Source: Phoronis australis
Taxonomy: Eukaryota; Animalia; Phoronida
Length of the DNA stretch: 64,000 nt
Assembly: GCA_002633005.1 (NCBI GenBank)
Contig: NMRA01000412.1
Location: 284,556 to 348,555 of the forward strand
Reading direction: 5' to 3'
Positions 39,557-52,100 of this stretch are shown here, in pieces. The translations under genes and the position numbers were made by a program. Position 1 is the stretch's first letter. Each line of letters opens with the position of its first letter. The notes under the pieces were generated by a model. It was not told where the DNA came from. It did no database searches and was given only the letters and a program-made list of their open reading frames with translations.

Positions 39557-40149
39557 TTACACTCGTCTCTGCAAGGAATCAATCCCTTCATAAGCCTTAT
39601 TGTCGTGTGCGGCAACTGACACATTTCTTGACGATTGTTTGGCTCTTCTTTGGCACTTTCTTTGTTTTCTTATGAAAACAGAGGCAGCCGTAGCGAACAC
39701 AACAACTGCTATTAGTGAGCCAAATATCAGAATTATCATAACCTCTGTTGATAGAGCACCGTCGGTTGTGGGAGTCGAGTTAACTGATTGGTGTTGAGTT
39801 GTCGACACTGGGAGGCTTTGCTTTGCTCTCTTTGTCTTCGTGGTCGTCGTCGTTGTTGTGTGCTCCATGACAACAAATCGCTGCACGCTTCTTCTGGTGA
39901 AAGCTGCTGGGGCAATGTTAGAGATGTGGCTGATTTTACCAGAGTCGTCGATAGCTTTAACAGCAAAGAAGTACGTAACCTCTTTTGGCAAAGTAGTCAA
40001 GTTTATGACAAATGACTCGATTGTTCCTGCCAACTGTGGCTGGGAGACACTACCAGATAATACAAATGACTGGTTCACGGAACGACTAGAAGTGAAGTTC
40101 TTCCGTAGTCTCTCCACGCTTGTATCTAAGCGAAGGTCGTACCTGGCAG
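39557..40149 (-). CDS. CLCA gene B last exon (FN3, Thr-rich stalk, TM, tail)
   Basis: AARYDLR...YFFAVKAIDDSGKISHISNIA...TTTTTTT...VMIILIFGSLIAVVVFATAASVFI-RKQRK...HDNKAYEGIDSLQRRV*. Confidence 0.93.
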
Positions 40150-43100
40150 CTGTAAAAGAATTCAAAGTCGTGAAAGAGGAAATAAAACACCTAAAATCTC
40201 TTTACTGGTCATTCAGTTATATTTTCTTAGAACCAGTATGTCAATTACTTAATCTCGCTACCCCGTAGCTGTTGGGAATGGAGAAAGAGTCCTTTTTGTT
40301 ATCTGAATGACCTGAGAATAAAAAGATGTGTTGCGTTCCGTAACGTAAATTTCTTGCGAATTTAGAGATCACGTAACCCTCTCTGCGCATGCTCCCTTAC
40401 ACGCTATGCATGTAATCTCGCTAGATGTCAGTCGTAGACGTCTTAAAATACAGGACAGGCTAGGCTCCTATCATCATTATGGCAAGGCTCTTTCATAGGA
40501 TAAGGAATCCAACGTTGAATTATTGAGCTCCTTATATGCGGTTGCCAGAGGCAGGAAACCGAATGCTACAGTAACAGAGGCACGCACGGAGTGCGCCGCT
40601 CAGATGGGTGACTGTTACCAGACCTGTTTTCCTGCCAAACGAAGCCTTTTCCAACAAAGTTGTGCACAAAGTGGTGTCCTTTTCGAAATAACTCCGAGAA
40701 AGGCTCGTCTCCAACAACAAAAATTACTCAATTGTTTATGTCATCGTTGCAATTTATAAAGAATTTTGATACAATGCATATTTAAAGGTCTGGTTGCAAA
40801 AGATGGACCCATTTTTAAAGCATATCACACCTCCCTGTATACTTTAAAGGTGAAAAAGCCAGCTGTCCGAGATTCCATTAAAAGGATCCAGGACACTTTA
40901 TTGATGTTTTTGAAAACACTCAACGACAGGGCGACTTCTTTAGGAAAGATCCTTACTAACGAGTATCTTTTGCAAGTCCAATCTGAAAGTGGTTCAAAAT
41001 CCTTATTTTCGAGGCGTTCTCTATTGTCAGAAAATATAGTAGTGCACCCTACACTGTACTTCGCAACCTTTTTCATATAACAATCGTGAATGCACGTTTT
41101 GACCCATGTGGGTTTTGAGTACCGGGGGCACGACATTCAAGGTTGGGATATTGGAAATAATCTTCAAGTGCATGACCCTCCAACTGAGAAGGGAGACAGT
41201 AATTACATACCTTTCGGAGAATGGTTGCTAGAATTGGCCAAAGCTTTTGGTTGGAAACACCACGCACTGATCTACAGACGAGCGAGAAACACGTACTACA
41301 TGTACCATTCTATAAAACTGAATGATCTCTTGCAGTGTGCATTTTACATTCAGTAACTTCACATGTTCGAGTCAGTGGTTAGAAAAAGAAAACGTGCCTT
41401 TTCCACTATCTTATGCAGCAAGGTCACGCGGCAAAAGACCTGCTGTGTAATGGCATGAGACAACCTTGACGTACATGTAAAGGCTGGAATAGCAGCGGAG
41501 ACATATTATTCTGTCGAGGCCGAAATTTACTGAATTTGCAACGTGGACCATGTTGACGTTTAAGATTGAGAAGACCGTTCGATGATAACTTGGAAAGGCC
41601 GGATTAAGGAGCAACATACATAGTTAATCGGTTAACGAAAGTGCCAAACTGCCAGAGAAACCGATGAAGAACCTGAGGAGTTATATGTACTAGGAAACCG
41701 AGGAAGCAGCTGAGGATAATGGCTAAAGAAGACACACTGACCACATCCTCTTTATGCATGTATGTAACATGAGAACTCTAGCAACCGACCGACGTGACAT
41801 CAACTCCAGATTTATAACCACATTTATTCCTACACAAATTGTGACCGTGCCGTTGTTAGTCTACCATGAGTTCATGTCAATTGCAGACGAGGTGGAGCTT
41901 ACGGTTTTAAATAATGACCCCATTTTCAAAAACATCCATTCTCAGAGGGGCCTGAGTATAAATTGGCAATGATGCTATGGAGATATCACAGGCAAGAACA
42001 ATGGCAGCAAGCAAAAGACCTTGAAGAGACCTGGAACGCAATGAAAAGACTGAATTACAGTACTGAAAGTGATTTTCTGCCACTAAAACAGAATTCAACC
42101 TACTCACAAGGTATTTTCAGCGTTTGTTCAGAAAGGTTTTTAATTTTTGTTCATATCAAAGTATTTTCTTTTAGTTTCAATGTTCAAAAAACCAACTGCC
42201 CACTGCCCCCAACTCTGTTGATTTTTCTCCACCAGGCAAAGCACTTCTCCTTATTTGGTATGGCAAGACATAGACGTAGCGCATCTTCCTTACATGTATA
42301 TGGAAAATGTGACCTTTGACCTCAAGTGACTGAGAAACTGACTGTGACTTTAGTATAACTTTTGATTTCAATACTATTTGGAAGAAATTAATCCTAATAA
42401 GATATCGCACAAATGCTATTGCAGAATCGAGGAAGCACCTCAGTTCTAAATACATTGTTGATCACATTGGGTACATTTCATTTTAATCAACTTCAGTATC
42501 GAACAGGGATGGCTGATAGACCAAATAAGGGTTGGGTATCAATGTGGCCGAAAATTCTACCCACAGTTGCCGACCTTACCTGTTCCTTGGTCGAGATCAT
42601 CTCCAACCGCAGTCCACTCTAGAGTCACCGTCGAGTTCTCATAAAACACGCTCACGACCTGTATTTAGAATGCACGACGTCAGACAATACTGGAGCAATG
42701 TCTAGAGAAGAGGCGATGTCATTATAAATACTGACAAGGAGACTGAATCCTCCTACCACGTGACTGATATATACTGTAATGCTATAAAGTTGAGGCACAG
42801 ACTCGTATCCTCCGGCAGCCGATTTTCCATCTTAGCGACCCTAGGGTACTAAGAGAAGATAACGTTCGCAAGAGAAGCGCTGCCACTCGGTAACTGTTGT
42901 GGCCAGGACTTTTGAGTAATTTGAGTTATTACACACGACCAATGAAACTCATGTCCTCTGATCTGATGAACTGCAACGGGGTTAGACAACTTTTGGTGTA
43001 GCGCCATATTGACCAATTGTCATTTTTAATTTATGGCAGAGGTCATACGTTACTGTTCACGATCTTTCCAGTCAGACGTTGTAGAAACCGTAAACTGTGA

Positions 43101-46100
43101 TTACGAAGAGAGCGAACGACGTCAGTACATCAAAGTATGCAAGAACAGTCTTATCTAATAATACATGAAAACTCTGAGGAAAGAAGAATCAGTGGTCGTG
43201 TGATAAAACAATATGACCTGGTTTGACCCTCGGGATTGGCCAGTGTTTCCAAGCAACTTGAAACTTACTACTTCCATCAACACCATTAAAATTATAGTGC
43301 CGCATTATAAAGTTATTCAGAAACCCTAAGTTATGACGTGTCTGGGGTCCTAGTAATGTGAGCTGCATCCTGGCGTCACAGCTTGTCCATCTACCCCGTG
43401 TCGCCACAGTATCATATCAAGGCCCTTTCCACCACAGGGCTTAGCATCATTCCGTCATCATGGCTTACTAGCGACTTCGTGGCTATGGCGCAGGGCCCAT
43501 ATTTACAGCAGGACAATTTAGCTCAAAGACCAATGCAGCTTCATCGTTTGGGAATCATTCATTTGGTTGATTTTTCGAGTTGGAATCCGGGTTTTGCTTT
43601 TTAATCTCGGTAGTTTGAATAAGTGGTTGAGTGGTATACTTGCCTTTAAATCTGTTATTTGTCCGGGTCCATACAAGTCCACGGGAGTAGTAACAGCACC
43701 TGTCCCTGTTGACCTTATGCCAATAACTTGAAAAGAGCCTCCCGAGGCGACACGTGATATTTTGTTCACAGAGGTATACGTAGGTAGCTTTCTTGGCGAA
43801 TCTTAAAAGTAAGTGAGAGCCAACTAGCAGTCAATAATTTTTTTCCTATAACACGTCAATCAAAATACCACATGCTCATTGGTTACAAGTTCCATTCGGT
43901 CACGACTTGGAATGACCAGTTACAAAAAGAGATATATTTACCAAGTGGTGTACAGTTCCACCAACAAATCTAAGCTTGTGTGATAGAAATATTTTTGTGG
44001 TGTATAATTTAACCGAAATATACGTTTTTGCGTGGACAAGTCAAATTAATGATAAAAGGGATGTGAAAAAGAGTAAACTCGAAATCAAATAAACTTAAAA
44101 GATAAAAATTCCAACTCCTTACTCAGGGCCACGTTTTCTCCTGAGACGATTGACCCGAACTTTGCTCGCTACAGTCGGACGAGATCAGCCTTAGCTTGCG
44201 TAATCCCGTCAGATTTTGAGCCCCATCCCTGAGCCGGAGGCAGTTAATACGCGTCTCAGAGGTTGAATTTGGTTGTGCGTTCACGGATGCGACTAAGTTA
44301 TTTTTGCATTCGTCTAAAGAAAACAAGTTTCAGCAAATTCGAATGAGAAAAATGTCCAATTACGAAAGAATTAACATTAACTTGAGGAGTGAAAGTGGCG
44401 AAATTAGCACAGGCGTTCTGGTAGTAATCTGCTTTGCGGAGAAACTTGACATCTCAGATGTTTACTTTGTGCCATTTGATTGACCAAAATACTATGATCC
44501 AGACAGAATTTGCGTAATTCAAAGCAGCTCTTTTGGCCTCAGGAGAANTACCAAGTGGTGTACAGTTCCACCAACAAATCTAGGCTTGTGTGATAGAAAT
44601 ATTTTTGTGGTGTATAATTTAACCGAAATATACGTTTTTGCGTGGACAAGTCAAATTAATGATAAAAGGGATGAGAAAAAGAGTAAACTGGAAATCAAAT
44701 AAACTTAAAAGATAAAAATTCCAACTCCTTACTCAGGGCCACGTTTTCTCCTGAGACGATTGACCCGAGCTTTGCTCGCTACAGTCGGACGAGATCAGCC
44801 TTAGCTTGCGTAAGCCCGTCAGATTTTGAGCCCCATCCCTGAGCCGGAGGCAGTTAATACGCGTCTCAGAGGTTGAATTTGGTTGTGCGTTCACGGATGC
44901 GACTAAGTTATTTTTGCATTCGTCTAAAGAAAACAAGTTTCAGCAAATTCGAATGAGAAAAATGTCCAATTACGAAAGAATTAACATTAACTTGAGGAGT
45001 GAAAGTGGCGAAATTAGCACAGGCGTTCTGGTAGTAATCTGCTTTGCGGAGAAACTTGACATCTCAGATGTTTACTTTGTGCCATTTGATTGACCAAAAT
45101 ACTATGATCCAGACAGAATTTGCGTAATTCAAAGCAGCTCTTTTGGCCTCAGGAGAAAATTTGGCTATGTTTGGACATTTCAAACAAAATCACACACAGA
45201 TTTTCAAACTAAGACTAGTCAGTAATCCACAGGCAAGGGCGTGAACCGCCATTTTTGTCTAGGAGGTAGAAACTAGGTCAACAGAATTTGAGATTTGCAA
45301 AACTTTGACGGTATAAGTGTGGTTCACATATTAACAAATGACATATTAGACCAAGTAAGTCTAAAATTGGACTAAACTGTCTTTTGCACCTGTTATATAC
45401 TAAAGTTAAGCTCAACTCATAAAAACAACAATACCAAAAGAAAAGTATTTTATCAGACGAGTTCTAACTGCCTGATATATCTCCTAAAATATATTCTTTT
45501 GAGGTTGGCGAAAGCTATCACTGCATGTTCTAAACCAGTGCGGCCTTGTGAAGCGGTGTTAGCAGCAAGACATGTCTAGTCATCGGATGACAACCGACTC
45601 AAAGGGATTGTGTTTATAAAATGGATTTTGAGTCTTTTCAAGGTGAACGATCTTGTCCATTTGCTCAAAATCTCAACAGTACTCTCTACGGCGTTTCGAT
45701 GACGACATCGGCGTGTCCTGCTCCTGAATTCGATCGCAGTTCACATTATTCTTGGTGGCAGTTCGTAAACCATTCGCCACGTTGGGACCAACGTTCACGC
45801 AAAGCATGCGATCTTCTGGATTTCAATTTGCGAATGGCAAATGTGGTTGATGGCGCGTCATTGAGTTACATTAATTGTTTGGATGTTCCAAGGCTCAAAA
45901 CATTTCTTCGAATTCGAAGCTTATCAATCAGCTCACACAAACAACATAAACTAGTTGGAGGTTGGTCCGAGAATCCGAAATAAAATTGTCGCAGCGGGAT
46001 ATAGTCCGAAGAGTCGATAGTACAAAGGGCCTATATTCCGAAAAGTGATTACTCTTTGGCTTACATAATGATGCACCATTTTCTCAAATTAATGAATTTT

Positions 46101-49100
46101 GTGATTGGCGATGGGTTGACAGTTGCTAAATGTGGTATCGGAATGCCGTTTCCCTCTCCCTCCTCCTCTCCCTACCCCTTTCCCTCTCTCCTGGTTTTGG
46201 GGGTGCGTAAACCGTGTTTTATGAGTAAAGGGTCATGTTGGTGAAACAGTGAACAGTGTTAACACGTCCGCGAGTCGTATTCGCGAGTACCCACTTGCAT
46301 GTGCAAAGTACATGTAGATGTACATTGCACATGTGCTAGATTGTGTGAGCAGTGTCTTCTGAGTGGACTAAGCTTTAATTAACACTTGAAATTCTTGATG
46401 GCATCCTAAATTGAAAAGCAGAGTATTGGAAGCAGTGTATGTCCAAGTGCTTTTCAGTGTCAGTGGATCCGTACATGTAGTTTCATGTCATACGATATTT
46501 TTTGGAAAAACACATCGAAGGACACAACCCTTTCTGTACCAGTAGCATTTGCAACGAAAGGTAAAAATAGTAACCAAAACTGAACGGATTTCAAAAGAAA
46601 CAAACGTTATTCGTTTGATCACACTTCACGTATCTTACCACATCTTCCCGTTAAAAAACATACATCAGGTAATTTCTGGCCACCGCTCGACGATTTTACT
46701 TTGCCAGAGCTGTCTTTGACCTTGACCTTTACTGAATATCCGCCATCACCCTTAATATTTAGAAAATATCCAGAGTAAACACCATCTTCCTTGTTGGTGT
46801 CCGCCCCTGCAAATTAACAAGATAGTGATAGTTTCATGGACTCCGTGGAAATAGCAAAAAATGCGTTGGCTGGTACAGCATCAGTGGTTTTCAGTAATAG
46901 TCCAAATATTTCAAATCGTGCGAGTAACGCAGGAAGTACTTCAGTTGCTGCTGCTATTGGTGTTCTTGCTAGTCATGATAATGAAACTGTTGTTGAGTCT
47001 ATTGCTCTAATAATCGTCTCTACTGACTTAGCAAATCACGCAACGTTCTGAAGATGTGGTCAAAAAGGGGTGTTAAGCAATTCCGTTTTTGTCATTGCTG
47101 ACTGTTAGAGAGCCTCATGAAATCGCAACAGATTTTTCAGCCAGTTCCCTACATTGATCAAATGTTAGAGAACGGCAGCCTTTTGAGCAAAATAAATATA
47201 CATATAAAATTGCGTTTTGCTCATTCATAGCATATGCACAAAGCACGAGCTAACAACTACAGTCGAACACCCTATGAAAGCAGTCTATCTGTATACATGT
47301 ACACTGTATAACAAATTAGTTGCAGATTTTGTCAACTGGCCAAGCACGAGACAGTGAATTCTTCCGCAAAATGTCTCCAAGGGCAATAACAGTCAACTTC
47401 TGTATCCAGTTCTACGGCGTCTGAAACGTAAGAATTTTAACAACGTGTTTTCAAATATTTATAAGCTATAACTTTACAATATGATAAATGACGACCTGCT
47501 CCGGATCCGGTTATTTCAAAGGTTCTTCCAGCAAACTGGCCTCCGTGGTCAAATTAGTCCTTACCAGCTCCGTTATCCGTCAACGTCACCGCACTACTTG
47601 CACCAGAACTACTTTCAACCAATGCCGATACTTTAGCATCTACAACTGGCAGATCACCCTTTGTCAGAGTCGCGTATATGATCAAGGCTGGGGATGAATT
47701 TGGATCTGAAAAGCAATTGAAACAATGTGTAATTCACATGTTTTCAGCTTTGGAAGTAAACTACTCAAAACGGTAAGTGTTTGTGTACTATATGTTTGGC
47801 TCCGCCTAATTTCCGAGAAATTGGATATAACCAATTCGTGTATGATATACACGAGCTGATGTTTCCTTTCTGACTAATGTTTTGTTTTCTTAATCCGATT
47901 TCTCTCACCACAGGACATTACTCATTACGCTTTTCATCAAATACATGGACACGTAGTTAGATATTTCATACTGAATAATCCATGTTTGAATTTTGTCAAT
48001 TTTCTAATTGCCTTTGAAATTACAAACCTAGCGGCGTACTTATGTTTAGTAGTTTATTCCGTCATAGATCACAGACAAAAGATTCTAGCATGGGATTCCA
48101 AGAAAAGACTCCAGTTTTCGGTTAGTGATCAGACAACTTACTTGCCGGAAGTTAAACTGTAACTCACCCAAACGCCGTACTTACTTGGCGGCCAATAAAA
48201 TTAGTCGTGCCCTTTGCGTATACATTGTACGATCGCAGGTTTTGAATTTACAGTGTTGGCGGTCCATGTTTTTGATTACAAAATTCACAAAGCACTGTGA
48301 CGTAAAGCCAAATCGCCTAGAAAAATAGTTGATGATGAAACAGTTGCTTTGCTTCACACAAATTAACTTAGATGTGCAGTGTCATACAGCTGTTGTTGGC
48401 ATTTCGTGAACATATCATTGACAACATGGGGGGGGTACATGTACCGTGGAACGGGTCGTGTTTGTTATAGAACACGTCTTGATTAATTCTCTCTAATGGC
48501 TATTTTTCATTGGTCAGTAAAACTCTGAGGTGTCAAAACTGAATGTGACATGTCTCTCCACTAGGAGTGGTTTCATCTACTTTGCCTGTTGTAAAATATG
48601 CATTTCTTAACGCGGCAACTGCTCTTAATTGTAATCGAAGACCGGTTTCTTTGACGGAGAGTGGGATACTGGAATTTACTGAATGCAACATTTAAATGTC
48701 ATAACAATGAACTTTGCGTGACATTCTGCATAACAAATCATCGTCATAAATTTTCTAGTTTCGTTGATCAGATAGTGTTCGTCAACATATTTGAAAAACA
48801 CTAGCAATGACAATATCGACAGTCAAACATCATTAATTTTTCACAAAATAAGTTTAGTAGTTTGATAGGTTTTAGGCCTTTCGCATTGATGTCACAAACT
48901 CATCGCTTTTGCAGAACTTACATACGAAGGCTTTGTGCGACACGGAAATTATACATATTTCACTTCCATTCCATATTTGGTCAAAACATAGATTACCTAG
49001 AACACACCACATACCGGAAAAATTTAGGGTGGGATGCCTGAGTTCACTAGACAGTGTTATTGGCTCAGCGTCGACTGACTTTGATCTGGACGTAATGGAG

Positions 49101-52100
49101 ATCTGAAGTTGGCAAGCCTGGAATCCATTGTTACGTATTAGTATGGTCCACGTGCCTGTTTCCGCTATACCTGGTACTGGTATCCGCAAAATGTTTGACG
49201 ACGACTGCATTGTGGGTATTGTGAGATTAGTGTTCGATGGTCGCGAGATGTCAATCTGAATCTGAGGCTGAGCTCTCAACCAGGACAGGATAAATGCTGT
49301 ATCTTTCCCCAGACTGTCGTCGATGAAAATTTCGTGTGTGTAATTGTCAATCGGTCGAATTGTTAGCGTCTCACTAGACAACTGAAAGCAGACACAGGTG
49401 CAATGTGAATCGTTTCCAATTCACACATCTACAATAGATCTCTATCTTTAGTAACTTAATCGAAGCAAAGATTATTACCATATTAGTCTTCCGCATCAAC
49501 TCCGTGTAGAAAAATAAGCATTGTATTAAACGAAAAGGATCTGGAACAGCACAAGTATTCTTAACAGTTACTGTGAAGCCAACTTTAAATTCAAGAAACT
49601 ATTAACTTGCAAGATTGTCATCACGAACCGATCAAGTTGCATACTAATCTCCCCCACGTGCAAAGATGTCTGGATGGCACTCACGACGTCTAGTGTATCC
49701 TCGAAACATGGTAGTTCTATAGTGTAGGCCTCATCTCAAGCCATATAATTAGAAACGACCAGTTTAACGCCATGAGTAGTGGACTGTGGACTTGTAACAA
49801 TAACGGTTTAGTGACTGCAAATGCAACTACGTGTATAGACGCTAATGTGGTTATCATTAGATTTTCGGTTGAGATCGCCGACCTCACACGCAGTACACCG
49901 TAATTATTACATTTCGACGTGCCGTTGCAAGAAGCGTTGATAGCGTAATAATCTATTTTCTTTTGCTGGCTCTCTCAGCCCCGAATGAATGTGCATTCCT
50001 AATTCTTACACTTGCCGTAAAAGTGCAAGTTCAGCAAGCGTAGTTAGCACACACCCTTGTTGACGGTTTTCTAAACCGTAAATTAAAATTGTACATTTGC
50101 AGCTCCAGTAAAGATGTGGACGCAAAACTGAGCGTTAGCTTACAACTTTTATGTCGTTGCCGCAAATTAAATTAGTAATCATCTCTCACTGTTGAAGTTG
50201 CACCAATAGTGATTAGCGTATCAATCTCGTTACCAGTCTTCTAAACCACACATAATGTTATTATTTAATTATCCGTTTAAGTACAATTGCTCTTGCAACA
50301 AGCGTAGCATCGATCGTGCCAGCCTACAGCCATTTCTCGTGGCCAGCGTAATATGGATTTTGAATGGAAAAACATTTCGATATCTTGAGAAGTAGAGATT
50401 GCACGATTTCCATTAAAAATGAGTTAGCTAATTCACTATCTGGAGCGGGGCATACAACAATTAGGTGACGCCCTAACGGTGCAGCTCACTCTAGAACATT
50501 TAAAGCATACAATAAGATAATTTTGCACCTTTACAAATGCTGACTTGTGCGATTCTTCGACAACCGTCTGTGTGAATGCGTCCGCCAAACTTGTACTTGT
50601 CGCTGAATCACTTGAAAAGAATGGGGTCCCTCCCGTTTCTAACGCTAGCACTCTTAGTCGTGGATCAGCAGCATCGGTGACAAGTATAGTGTCAACAATA
50701 ACACCCTCTTGTTTCAGTTCAGGCAGGTATTGTCCCAGGTAATCGGAAGAGTCCATGCCATCAGATAAGAGAATCAGTCTTCCACCACGTGGGTTGGTTC
50801 CATTTCGTAACACCTGTTATGAATGCCAGACAAAAGAAATTACCAGGCATTTCCTTTAGACATTGCCAGGGAGTACAAAGTCATTCGTAAAATAGCATAT
50901 CAGCAATAATATATGATATTTAACCGCCCAGGGCGTTAACCCGAACGATTACGGTACTGCCTTTGATACCACTTCCTTGATTTGTTTGCGATTTTGCATC
51001 GTCCCGTCGTTTGCATTTTATTATCGTTCCGTTGATAGTTTTGTCAAAAGGTGTCTTTTGAACATAACTAAGTTTGTAATAAAACATATCAAGTTATAAA
51101 ACGACGATTGTCACTTGTTCACATTACTTTTGAATGTTGTATCAATGGACTTTTGAACAATTAATTTGTGATCGCTTTTCACAAGAATGGAATGCAAGCG
51201 TGCAAACAAATCAAAACTAGAAAGATTATTGTCACGGCGTGACAATATTGGACTCTACGCGTGCGTATTAAAGGAATTGTTATGGGAAGTTACTGACAGC
51301 AACCCGGTTACCAATATGAAAAGGAATTCTTTGAAATTGTAGGAGAAATTACATGTTAATATTTTGATGACCTTTCCACTAACTAACCTCTTCCGGTGCA
51401 TTATGAACCCCGATAAGGGATTAATTGTAAAACCAATTTAAAGTGTGGTTAATGCTAAGAATCACAGATGTTTTACTTTAATCACTTAAGAATACAATAT
51501 GAAAGAATTGGTCAAACTTTCAGAAGAAAAATGCACCTAATGACCCAATGGGTGCACCAAATGACCTAAAAATTGAAAATTCAAACTCAATCGCATTTAG
51601 TAAGCAGATATGTAATTTTGAAGTCACTAGCTCAAAATTTTAATTTTGCACTCAATAACCTTTGACCTATTTTTTCTGATTGGTTAGGCCTATTGCGTAG
51701 TTAAGTAGATTGTTCAATTGGCATGTTGACTTACACTAGTGTGCTGAAATTGAAAAGAATTCATTGAAAAACGTAAGATATAACATTTTGAACGTTAGAT
51801 GACCTTTGCACTAATTGACCTTACCCGGTGCATTTTAAGCATCTTTAGGAGAATTATTGCAAAGCCCATGGAAAATGTGTTTAACGCTGAGAATTACAGT
51901 TGTCTAACGGTTGACACATCAGAATACTTGCTGATTGAAAAGGTCAAATTTTCAGAAGAAAAATGCACCTAATGACCCCATGTTTGCACTAAATGATCTG
52001 AAACTTTGGATTCCGATTTGATTTACCTGTGGCAATCAGACCTGTCAATTTGAAGTGTCTAGCTCAAAATTTTAGTTTGACCTTTGACCAATTTCACCTG

